Assembly (NCBI GenBank): GCA_963737265.1
Contig: CAVTRY010000011.1
Location: 672,001 to 736,000, forward strand
Direction: 5' to 3'
Source: an uncultured delta proteobacterium
Lineage (GTDB): Bacteria; Myxococcota_A; Polyangia; Fen-1088
Length of the DNA: 64,000 nt
In this document: one piece after another, positions 17,856 through 26,586 of the stretch
Position numbering within the stretch: position 1 is the stretch's first letter
How the letters are laid out: each line of letters starts with the position of its first letter
Made by a program: the position numbers and the translations under genes
The notes under the pieces: generated by a model
The model's database searches: none
Told to the model about the DNA's origin: nothing
The model's input: the letters and a program-made list of their open reading frames with translations, nothing else

Positions 17856-20290
17856 TGCGAACTTATCGCGCGGTGCTCTCCAGGGTTGTTTTTTCCATGT
17901 CGGTCGTCGGCTTCGCTGGCCTGCAAGGCTGTTTTGGCCAAGGCACCGGCCTCAAAGCCAGCGACGGCGCGGTTGCCGGGAGACAAATCGAGGGTGGCGG
18001 AGCGGGCGGAAGCGTAGGGAAGGATGGCTCGTCGGGAGACGGCCCAATTTCGTCGGGTGGCAAGATCGCGACCGATGGACCGGCGCCGACAGGCGGCAGC
18101 GCCGGCGGTGCGGGTGGTGGCGGTGGTGGCGGCGCCGGCGGCACCTCAGTCGGAGATGCACCTCTCGCGGGCTCGGGTGGTGCGGGAAGTGGAGGCGCCA
18201 CCGGCGGCGCGGGCGGAACTACCGTTGGGGCTAGCGGCGCGGGCGGAATCGTCGTCGCCGCTGGCGGCGCCGGAGGTACTTCCGTGGTGGATGCTCCGCT
18301 CGCAGCCTCGGGTGGTGCGGGAAGCGGGGGGGCCACTGGCGGCACGGGCGGCAATGGCACGGGCGGCAGCGGCACGGGCGGCAGCGGCGGCGGCGCGGGG
18401 GGCACGACGACCTTTTCCACCGGTGCCACTTGCCTGACCGATGCCCAGTGCACGCTCGGATTCTGCGTCGACGGCGTTTGCTGCAACAGCAGGTGCGCCG
18501 GACAATGCCAGGCCTGCGCCGAGACTGGTAGTGTTGGGACATGCGCGACGGTCACTTCTGGAAGCCCCCGGGGCTCTCGCACGGCCTGCAGCGGCACTGA
18601 CAAGTGCAAGGGCACCTGTGATGGTTCCAGCGCCGCGTCATGCAAGATGCCCAACAATGAGACCATCTGCAAGAACGAAATCTGCTCGGCCGATCAACAT
18701 ACGCCCCCCTCGTATTGTAATGGCAGCGGTACTTGTCCCACCCAAAATGCGTCGCCATGCGGGAGTGGCGCGTGCGCAACCGACGGAAGTGGCACATGCC
18801 TCGGCTCCTGCACGGCAACCTCCTGCCCCACCGGCCAATACTGTACCTCTACCGGCAGTTGTGCGCCGAAGAAGGGTGCCGGAGCCGGAAACACGTGCGC
18901 GACAGGGACCGAGTGTGGTTCTGGCTTCTGCGCACCAGATGGTGTTTGCTGCCAGTCGGCGTGCACCGGTCAATGCCAGACCTGCAACAACAGCACCGGG
19001 CTCTGTAGCCGAGTCGCCTCGGGCCAGCCCGTGGGAGGCCGGGGCGCGTGCAGCAACGCCGGCACGACTTGCGGGGGAACCTGCGATGGGAGCTCAGATA
19101 CCTGCCACTATCCAGGTACAGAAATAACCTGTGGAAGCCCGGCGTGCTCTTCAGACAACACTTCGACAGTTACGCCGGCCTGCGGTGGATCCGGCACATG
19201 TACCTCTTCCACGGTCGGCCCTTGCGGATCTAGCGCCTACTGCAGCGGCGGTAGCTGTGTGCCGAAAGGTAGCGGCAACTGCTCCAGCAACATCCAATGC
19301 ACGAGCGGCAATTGCTCCGCGGGCCTTTGCTGCGCAAGTGGACTTACCAATTCCAACGGAGTCTGTTGCACTTCCGGCCAGACCGGTTGCAGTGGTACCT
19401 GCTGTATGGCTCCGAACACGTGCGGCGGTGGCGGAACCGCCGGTGTGTGCGGGTGCATGCCCGATTGCGGCACTCGCGTCTGTGGTTCCGTACCCAACGG
19501 GTGTGGCTCGACTTGCGGCTCCTGCAACAATCCCCCAACGTGCTTCACCGGAACGGGCACGTGCAACACGAGCGGTCAATGCACATACACGCCGGTGACC
19601 TGCACTGCGACGCCCTGCCACAATGCCGGGTCATGTTCGGGGGGAAGCTGTCAACCAGGCAGCGCAAAGAACGCGATGCAGGACTTGAGCTGCCAATCGA
19701 CGCCGGGGAATTGGTGTTCTAATGGAACCTGCGTGCAGTGCTTGCAGAATTCGAACTGCCCGTCCACTTCCCCGACATGCACCAACCACACTTGTGGTTG
19801 TCCCGTTAAGACCGCGAGCAATGTCATAAACAATCCTGGGTTCGACGATGCGTTCTCTTGGAGCTACACGGGTAGCGCATATTGGGACAGCAACGTTGAC
19901 GCTGATGGCTGCTCCGGCTCAGGATCGGCCGGGCTGCCTGCTGCGTTGTCGGCGGGTGATGCCCCTTACCCTTATGCCGAGCAATGCATTTTTCCGGTGG
20001 AATCGAACGTGCTCTACCAGTTCGGCTACTCTCTTTACGTCAATGACCCTGCCATCCATGTTTCTTGCCTGATAGATTACTATACGGGCGCTTACTGTGC
20101 GCTCGGCACTGAAGACGGCTACTCGTACGCCGACCAGCCTTTCATGCCAGCGGTTGGATGGACACCTCACGTGTTCTGGGCGCAGTCGGGGCCTAGTTCC
20201 CGAAGCGCCAGTGTTTATTGCACTTGCACTAGCGGGTGTGGGGGTGCTCACGTGGACAAACTCTTTCTCAATCCGAATGGAACATTCTGA
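17855..20290 (+). CDS. Large Gly-rich and Cys-rich repeat lipoprotein
   Basis: TAATG coupling; LQGC lipobox; repeated C.DGVCC...C.GQC..C modules; C-terminal NPGFD beta domain. Confidence 0.75.
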   Translation: MRTYRAVLSRVVFSMSVVGFAGLQGCFGQGTGLKASDGAVAGRQIEGGGAGGSVGKDGSSGDGPISSGGKIATDGPAPTGGSAGGAGGGGGGGAGGTSVGDAPLAGSGGAGSGGATGGAGGTTVGASGAGGIVVAAGGAGGTSVVDAPLAASGGAGSGGATGGTGGNGTGGSGTGGSGGGAGGTTTFSTGATCLTDAQCTLGFCVDGVCCNSRCAGQCQACAETGSVGTCATVTSGSPRGSRTACSGTDKCKGTCDGSSAASCKMPNNETICKNEICSADQHTPPSYCNGSGTCPTQNASPCGSGACATDGSGTCLGSCTATSCPTGQYCTSTGSCAPKKGAGAGNTCATGTECGSGFCAPDGVCCQSACTGQCQTCNNSTGLCSRVASGQPVGGRGACSNAGTTCGGTCDGSSDTCHYPGTEITCGSPACSSDNTSTVTPACGGSGTCTSSTVGPCGSSAYCSGGSCVPKGSGNCSSNIQCTSGNCSAGLCCASGLTNSNGVCCTSGQTGCSGTCCMAPNTCGGGGTAGVCGCMPDCGTRVCGSVPNGCGSTCGSCNNPPTCFTGTGTCNTSGQCTYTPVTCTATPCHNAGSCSGGSCQPGSAKNAMQDLSCQSTPGNWCSNGTCVQCLQNSNCPSTSPTCTNHTCGCPVKTASNVINNPGFDDAFSWSYTGSAYWDSNVDADGCSGSGSAGLPAALSAGDAPYPYAEQCIFPVESNVLYQFGYSLYVNDPAIHVSCLIDYYTGAYCALGTEDGYSYADQPFMPAVGWTPHVFWAQSGPSSRSASVYCTCTSGCGGAHVDKLFLNPNGTF

Positions 20291-20319
20291 GGAGCTCTCA
20301 CCTTTCGGTGCCTCTCCAA

Positions 20320-20405
20320 TATCCCCAATATCCTGTCCGAGGGTCATTCTTAAGCGCAACTTTCTGCTGCCGTTTCCGAGAATCCATGCATGCCAGGTCG
20401 TGCCC
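20320..20405 (+). mobile_element. Decayed 5' end of the RAYT-like element
   Basis: TCCGAGGGT + GCAACTTTCTGCTGCCGTTTCCGAGAATCCATGCATG + CCAGGTCGTGCCC, matching the leader and first codons of copy A with a deletion. Confidence 0.8.
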
Positions 20406-20554
20406 CCGAGGCTACGCGAAATCGAGATTTCCGAGCGTATCCTGTTGTCGTCAATCGGGAGATTCTCGCGTACAGAGGACATCGAACCCAGGAAATCCCC
20501 CTCCGAGGGTACTTTTCCGCGCAACTTTCTGCTGCCGTTTCCGAGAATCCATAC

Positions 20555-21127
20555 ATGACCCTCCCCCGCCAGGTCGTGCCCGGCCGTGACTACATGATTA
20601 CCCGCCGCTGTTCCGAGCGGCGCTTCTTCCTCCGTCCTGACGAAGACACCAACAACGCCTTCATCTACTGCCTGGCCTTGGCCGCCAGGCGGGCCAAGGT
20701 GGAGGTCACGTTCTCGGTGGCTCTCTCGAATCACCACCACACCGGCATCCACGACCCCGACGGCAACTTCCCAGTCTTCATCGAATACTTTCACGGTCTG
20801 CTCGCTCGCTGCCAGAACGCCCATCTTGGCCGCTTCGAAGGCTTCTGGTCATCCGAGCCGACCTCCGTCGTTCATCTGGTCGAGGCCAACGACATCCTGG
20901 AGAAGATGACTTACGCCTTCACCAATCCGACCGCCGCAGATTTGGTCGACACCGTCGAGGAATGGCCTGGCGTCACCACGTTCCAGGCCAGCATTTCGGG
21001 CGGCCACCTCACCGCGACCCGGCCGAAGCACTTCTTTCGCGACGACGGCGACTTGCCTGAAATCGCTAGTCTACCCATCGCGCGGCCTCAGCAAATCCAA
21101 TCCCCCTCCGAGGGTACTTTCAGCTGA
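20555..21127 (+). pseudogene. RAYT-like transposase copy B, 3'-truncated
   Basis: Highly similar to copy A up to 21091 (PIARPQ), then replaced by a repeat unit. Confidence 0.88.
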
Positions 21128-21360
21128 AAATCCCCCTCCGAGGGTACTTTCAAATCCCCCTCCCCAAATCCCCCACAAATCCCCCTCCCGAAAATCCCCA
21201 AAATCCCAAAATCCCCGTCCGAGGGTACTCTTTTCCCCAAATCCCCCTCCAAATCCCCAAATCCCCCTCCGAGGGTACTTTCAAACCTTTAGAAAATCCC
21301 CCTCTAAATCCCCGTGCGAGTAGAAAATCCCCCTCTAGATCCCCGTACGAGGATACCTTT
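21092..21360 (+). repeat. Stuttered repeat array 3 (unit AAATCCCCCTCCGAGGGTACTTT and truncations)
   Basis: More than 15 units starting with AAATCC, 4 with the full core. Confidence 0.93.
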
Positions 21361-21398
21361 TCGCGCAACTTTCTCGTGTCGTTTCCGAGAACCCATTC

Positions 21399-21605
21399 AT
21401 GACCCTCCCTCGCCAGGTCGTGCCCGGCCGTGACTAAATGATGACTCGCCGCTGTTCCGAGCGGCGCTTCTTCCTGCGCCCCGATGAAGACACCAACAAC
21501 GCCTTCATCTACTGCCTGGCCTTGGCCGCCAGGCGGGCCAAGGTGGAGGTCACGTTCTCGGTGGCTCTCTCGAACCACCACCACACCGGCATCCACGACC
21601 CCGAC
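21399..21605 (+). pseudogene. RAYT-like transposase copy C (nonsense mutation and truncation)
   Basis: TAC>TAA at 21435; ends after HDPD at a repeat unit; offset 367 bp from copy D. Confidence 0.88.
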
Positions 21606-21728
21606 AAATCCCCCTCCGAGGGTACTTTCAAATCAAATCCCCCTCCGAGGGTACTTTAGAAAATCCCCCTCTAAATCCCCGTGCGAGTAGAAAATCCCCC
21701 TCTAAATCCCCGTGCGAGGATACCTTTT
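21605..21728 (+). repeat. Stuttered repeat array 4
   Basis: AAATCCCCC units with 2 full cores. Confidence 0.9.
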
Positions 21729-21765
21729 CGCGCAACTTTCTCGTGTCGTTTCCGAGAACCCATTC

Positions 21766-22716
21766 ATGACCCTCCCTCGCCAGGTCGTGCCCGGCCGTGA
21801 CTACATGATGACTCGCCGCTGTTCCGAGCGGCGCTTCTTCCTGCGCCCCGATGAAGACACCAACAACGCCTTCATCTACTGCCTGGCCTTGGCCGCCAGG
21901 CGGGCCAAGGTGGAGGTCACGTTCTCGGTGGCTCTCTCGAACCACCACCACACCGGCATCCACGATCCCGATGGCAACTTCCCCATCTTCATTGAACACT
22001 TTCACGGCCTGCTCGCTCGCTGCCAAAACGCCTATCTCGGCCACTTCGAAGGCTTCTGGTCATCCGAGCCAACCTCCGTGGTTCATCTGGTCGAGGCAAA
22101 CGATATCCTCGAAAAGATGACCTATGCCTTCACCAATCCGACCGCCGCGGATCTGGTCGACACCGTCGAGGAATGGCCTGGCGTGACCACGTTCCAGGCC
22201 ACCATTTCGGGCGGCCACCTCACCGCGACGCGGCCGAAGCACTTCTTTCGTGACGACGGCGATTTGCCTGAAATGGCCAGCCTACCCATCGCGCGGCCGC
22301 AGGGCTATCAGGACCTCGAGCAGGGCGAATGGGCCAGTCTCGTTACCGAACGCGTTCGCGCCGAGGAAGCAGACCACCGCCAACGGCGGGTCGCCAAGGG
22401 CATCGCCGTGCTTGGACGAGACCGAATCCTGCGGCAGAATCCTTTTCACTGTCCGCAGAGCCAGGCCCCGCGATTCCAGATGAGCCCGCGCGTGGCCGCG
22501 AAGAACAAGTGGGCGCGTATCGAGGCGCTCCGGCGCAACCGAGGCTTCATCGAGAAGTACCGGGATGCGTTCCTGGGTCACGTGGCTGGTTTGGCGAACA
22601 TCGTGTTTCCCTTCGGCACCTACTGGATGCGCAAGTTCGGCAAGGTCGCCTGCGAGGCCGCCGAAGCTGTCGAGCAAGCGATCCTGAGCCCGCCTTTGGA
22701 TCCCGCCGCCGCGTAG
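21766..22716 (+). CDS. RAYT-like HUH/Y1 tyrosine transposase, copy D (intact, 316 aa)
   Basis: Same motifs as copy A with scattered substitutions. Confidence 0.85.
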   Translation: MTLPRQVVPGRDYMMTRRCSERRFFLRPDEDTNNAFIYCLALAARRAKVEVTFSVALSNHHHTGIHDPDGNFPIFIEHFHGLLARCQNAYLGHFEGFWSSEPTSVVHLVEANDILEKMTYAFTNPTAADLVDTVEEWPGVTTFQATISGGHLTATRPKHFFRDDGDLPEMASLPIARPQGYQDLEQGEWASLVTERVRAEEADHRQRRVAKGIAVLGRDRILRQNPFHCPQSQAPRFQMSPRVAAKNKWARIEALRRNRGFIEKYRDAFLGHVAGLANIVFPFGTYWMRKFGKVACEAAEAVEQAILSPPLDPAAA

Positions 22717-22860
22717 CTGGTGCCTTTCGATCATGGTGCCTTTCGATCGAGGTGAAAATTGTGGCTCCACTCTCCGGCGCGATGGGAGACGCCCGCCTGC
22801 GCTCGCGCTTGCGACGTCGCAAGGCCCCTCTCTGTCTTCGGATCTTGCCGTGGGATCGCG

Positions 22861-22992
22861 CAAATCCCGGTCCGAGGGTACTTTTTTCCAAAATCCCCCT
22901 CTGGAACATTCTGAGGTGCGTGGAATCCGGTCAGGAGTTCTCGGATCCCCTCCGAGGGTACTTTTCGGATCCTCAGATCCCCTCCGAGGGGA
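22861..22992 (+). repeat. Repeat cluster 5 with hybrid units
   Basis: CAAATCCCGGTCCGAGGGTAC, CGGATCCCCTCCGAGGGTAC, AGATCCCCTCCGAGGGG. Confidence 0.85.
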
Positions 22993-23090
22993 GTTGACCC
23001 GATTTGATGGAACGGTTTCGTTACACTGCTTTCTTCACAGAGTGTCAGCTCGAATTCGATCGGGCCGTGGTAATTGAGCGCCGCGGGCCG

Positions 23091-23345
23091 AAAACCCCGT
23101 CCGAGGGGACTTTTCCTCACAACTTTCTGCTGCGTTTCCGAGAACCCATGCATGACCCTCCCTCGCCAGGTCGTGCAACTACATGATTTACCCGCCGCTG
23201 TTCCGAGCGGCGCGTCTTCTTGCGTCCTGATGACGACACCAACAACGCCTTCATCTACTGCCTGGCCTTTGAGAGGGCACGGTCGTCTGGATGCGCACGT
23301 TCGGCAGAGTCGCCTGCGAGACTGCCGAGGCCGTCGAGCAAGCCA
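23091..23345 (+). pseudogene. Internally deleted RAYT-like copy E (MITE-like)
   Basis: Core + leader + MTLPRQVV...AFIYCLA joined to the 3' segment WMRTFGRVACETAEAVEQA. Confidence 0.82.
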
Positions 23346-23425
23346 ATCGCTGTGAGCTGCGGGTCTTCTTTGAGGGCGCGACCTCGGTGGTGGATCGAGA
23401 TAACATTTATGGTATATTGGTTACC

Positions 23426-23613
23426 GTGACTTCGACCGAAGTCATTCGACTGCTCAAGCGAGACGGTTGGGGCGAGGTGCGAGTACGAGGCTCGCATCAT
23501 CATTTCGCGCATTCAACGAAGCCGGGAATCGTTACTGTCCCCCATCCCAAGAAAGATATTCCAAGAGGTACCCTTGCAGCATTCGACGTCAGGCTGGCAT
23601 CAAGCTGAGGTGA
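23426..23613 (+). pseudogene. hicA: HicA toxin with a C-terminal frameshift
   Basis: RGSH..F.H..KPG.VTVPHPKKDIP.GTL; the expected SIRRQAGIKLR* is in another frame after ~23576 and its TGA overlaps the hicB ATG. Confidence 0.8.
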
Positions 23614-24119
23614 TGACGATGCACTACACGGCGATTATCACAAAAGAAGGCAGGCAGACGCTGGCCGAGTTCCCCGGGTGTCCGGGCTGCCAGACATTCG
23701 CCGACGCGGGCGACGACATTGGCAAGCGGGCATCCGAGGCATTGCTCGGATGGCTGGAAGCGCATCTCGTGTCGGGCCAGGCACCACCCGAGCCCAAATC
23801 GATCAGGTCAAATGGGCGGGCTCGGACGCTGCAGGTGCCCGTTCCGGCCAAGCTCGCCGTGAAGCTGGCGCTTCGCTGGGCACGCAAGCGTGCTGGCCTG
23901 ACACAGGCCGAACTGGCCCGTCGAGCAGGTCTAAGCCAGCCCGCCGTGGCCCGCCTGGAAGACCCCGACCACAACCCCACGCTCGATTTGCTCGAACGTG
24001 TGGCCAAGGCCTTGGGCACGCGCCTTGAGGTCGGCCTTCGGGCCGCGCAAATGAGGGAATCCTGCAGTTGTCAATCGGGAGATTATCGTGGACGGAGGAG
24101 ACGAGAAGAGTCTTGCTGA
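23613..24119 (+). CDS. hicB: HicB antitoxin with C-terminal Xre HTH
   Basis: AEFPGCPGCQTF...A.EAL..WLE plus GLTQAELARRAGLSQPAVARLE...NPTL; the tail after GLRAA looks like read-through. Confidence 0.85.
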   Translation: MTMHYTAIITKEGRQTLAEFPGCPGCQTFADAGDDIGKRASEALLGWLEAHLVSGQAPPEPKSIRSNGRARTLQVPVPAKLAVKLALRWARKRAGLTQAELARRAGLSQPAVARLEDPDHNPTLDLLERVAKALGTRLEVGLRAAQMRESCSCQSGDYRGRRRREESC

Positions 24120-24254
24120 AACTCGTGCCGGCGGCGCCACGATTTCACACGAAGACTTGATGAAGCGATACGGCCTCAAGACGGCAAATGAGCAGGCGTC
24201 GGATCCGTCAACGTTCTCCGTCTATCCGGCACCTAGCGATTTCAAAATCTTGAT

Positions 24255-24321
24255 CGCCGGTCTCTACGACGCCTGTGCGGGGATTCGTCCACAGGGAATG
24301 CGAACCGCCTTCACGTTTCAT
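24255..24321 (-). pseudogene. hicA: hicA remnant with internal and 3' deletions
   Basis: MKREGGSHSLWTNPRTGVVE, ATGA-coupled to the hicB-like gene. Confidence 0.65.
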
Positions 24322-24536
24322 CCGATGGCAACCACGGACTGGATCGCGTCAGCGGGCAAGCCTCGTTTGATGTCTTCTAAGCGGTCCTGAAAGATGAGTT
24401 GGATCGAATCGCGCAGGCTCGTCTTCGCGTCCTCGACGGTTTCGCCTTGGCCGTTGGCACCGGGGATTTCGGGGCAGGTGGACCAGTAGCCGCCCTCGGG
24501 GGCAGACTCGATGATGGCGGTGAACTCGCCTCGCAT
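24318..24536 (-). CDS. hicB: Short HicB-family antitoxin
   Basis: FTAIIE..PEGGYW..CPEIPGANGQGETVEDA...L. Confidence 0.85.
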   Translation of the reverse strand: MRGEFTAIIESAPEGGYWSTCPEIPGANGQGETVEDAKTSLRDSIQLIFQDRLEDIKRGLPADAIQSVVAIG

Positions 24537-24680
24537 TCCTTAGATCTGCGCCACGTTGTCTCGACAGTCAACCTGGGGTGGGTTGCACGTGGGTTGCACG
24601 TGCCCGGGATTCATGAGGGGGCACACCTGGGCTTGGGTGTATGTGCCGAGTGGAAACACAACATTTGCCAGGCCAGCAAA

Positions 24681-24701
24681 GGTGGCGCGAAAGGCGCCAC
24701 C
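24681..24701 (-). terminator. Hairpin downstream of the porin-like gene
   Basis: GGTGGCGC-GAAAG-GCGCCACC followed by TTT on the minus strand. Confidence 0.5.
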
Positions 24702-24720
24702 GACGCGCCCGACAATGCGG

Positions 24721-26559
24721 CTAGAAGAAGTCGTAGAAGTTTAAGCGGTACCGCACGTTCTGCACGACTTCATTGGCTGGCCAGCTCGCCTGCACGGGGA
24801 TGTTCGCGGCGTTCGGCGTCCCGGTCGTGACCAAGTCGGGCGGGCCGCGATCGGCATAGGTCTGTTTTAGCAGCGATCCGGTGATGCCGATGCGAACCGA
24901 CGGTGTGATGTCGACGAATAGGTTCGCGTCGTAGTAGTTCGAGTCCTTGATCACGGATTTCGCGTACGGGTTCGCGATGACGATGCCGTTCGACTGCGCG
25001 ATCGCGGAGCCGCCAACCGCGTCGACGATGTTGTTGGAATCGGCGTGGGTGTAGTTGCCTGCAAGCCAAACGCGGCCGCCGGGCAGGTAATACTGGAGCC
25101 CGACCATCCACGTGCGCAGATTGATGGTGTGCGCGAGCCCGTTGCCGCTGTAGTCGAAAAGAATCAAACCCGGGTCGATGTTGGCTGGCGGAAAGCTCGT
25201 CTGCGGCAGCGCCACCGCCGCGACGCCGAGTGTGGGATCCGGCGGCGAGACCGCGTTCGTGCCGGGCACGGGCGGGTAACGGACGGCGCCGAGCCCCATC
25301 GTCATGCCGCCCATGAGATCCTGATACGCTGTACCAGTGGTAAACGATCCGGTCACCGTCAGCTTGTTGCCGCGATCGTAGGAGCTCCTCGCAGGGATGA
25401 TCGGAATGAACGCGTCGACCGAAACGGCCCATCCGTTCTCTTGGTCGTACTGGACGGGAACCGCTTGGGTGTAGTCGACTTTGAAATGGCGGAGCGTGCC
25501 CGAGACACCGATGGCCAGCGGGTCGGCGGCGGTGCCCAGACTGCCAGGCGTGTGCAGGCCCTTCCATGAGTTGAGCTTCAGCATGACCCCCCCCTCGATG
25601 GACGGGATCTCGGCGTCCCGCTGCGGGGGCCGCACCGCCGCAAGGACGATGTCGAGACCGAGCGGCCCCACCTCCAGGTTCTCGTACAGCCGCACTTGTG
25701 GATTGCGGGTGAACGCCTGGTTCGGCATCGGGAACAGCTCGCTGGTCGCCGGGAAGAAGTAGTTCTGAAACCCGAACACGTCGTACGTCTGACCGGCGAG
25801 CAGGTTGACGTACGGCGTTTCGAGCTTGAAGTACGCATGCCGCATGTGCAGCGTCCCGGACGCGAGCAGGTTGTTCTCGCTCAGCGGGGCCGGCAGCTGC
25901 GTGGACGAGTACGTGCCATTGGGCGGTTGATTTCCGAAGAAATCGAACTCGATCAAGGCGCTCGATTTCATTCGGTCGACGGGCGGCGCGCTGACTTTCA
26001 GGCCGAAGCGGCTGTTGCGCGCGCTTTCCGTCGTACGTCCGTTGACGCCCGCGGGATTCGGAGCGGTGAGCTGGCGTACCCCGGTGGGGTCGGTCGGGTC
26101 CGCGTAGGTCTGTGGCAGCTGCGCCGCGCCCGGCGAAAGCAGCTCCTTGCGTGGGATGACGCCGTTGCCGAGCCCTTCGTTAAACCCGCGTGTCGAATCG
26201 TGAATGACGTCGAGCTCGACGAAACCGTAGAATTGCAGCGTCCAGCGCGTCTTGCCGCTGCCGAGCCCGAGCTCGAGGGGCGGAACGTAGAACCACGACG
26301 GCTCGCCCGGTGGCAGCGGCGCTCGCCACGCGCCCCGGGGTAGCAGAACAGTCTCTGCGTCGGGATCGGGCAGCGCGGGCTCAGCGCCGGAGGGATTCAA
26401 AGCCGGCGTGGTCGCGGACGATTTGGGCTCCACGCTTGGAGCTGAGCTCGCCGTCGGTGTGCCGCTTGGATCGTCCGCTTCTTTCGCGTGTGCGGACGAC
26501 GCGGCAAGTGCGCCGCAGAGCAAAATGGTCATGGCGTACATCTGCATCGGTCTCGGCAT
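24721..26559 (-). CDS. Outer-membrane beta-barrel / porin-like protein (DcaP-like)
   Basis: Signal peptide; FYGFVELD, NSRFG, IEFDF, RHAY..L, LAGQT; terminal Phe. Confidence 0.7.
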   Translation of the reverse strand: MPRPMQMYAMTILLCGALAASSAHAKEADDPSGTPTASSAPSVEPKSSATTPALNPSGAEPALPDPDAETVLLPRGAWRAPLPPGEPSWFYVPPLELGLGSGKTRWTLQFYGFVELDVIHDSTRGFNEGLGNGVIPRKELLSPGAAQLPQTYADPTDPTGVRQLTAPNPAGVNGRTTESARNSRFGLKVSAPPVDRMKSSALIEFDFFGNQPPNGTYSSTQLPAPLSENNLLASGTLHMRHAYFKLETPYVNLLAGQTYDVFGFQNYFFPATSELFPMPNQAFTRNPQVRLYENLEVGPLGLDIVLAAVRPPQRDAEIPSIEGGVMLKLNSWKGLHTPGSLGTAADPLAIGVSGTLRHFKVDYTQAVPVQYDQENGWAVSVDAFIPIIPARSSYDRGNKLTVTGSFTTGTAYQDLMGGMTMGLGAVRYPPVPGTNAVSPPDPTLGVAAVALPQTSFPPANIDPGLILFDYSGNGLAHTINLRTWMVGLQYYLPGGRVWLAGNYTHADSNNIVDAVGGSAIAQSNGIVIANPYAKSVIKDSNYYDANLFVDITPSVRIGITGSLLKQTYADRGPPDLVTTGTPNAANIPVQASWPANEVVQNVRYRLNFYDFF

Positions 26560-26586
26560 ATTCCTCCGGATTTCTTCTGGTCTGGG

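Noticed and set aside
14509-18672. Pro-rich ORFs such as 14509-15669, the 5' part of 16305-17855 and 17863-18672
   Set aside because: Antisense shadows of Gly-rich linkers; the same applies at 28289-28825 and 29664-30194.
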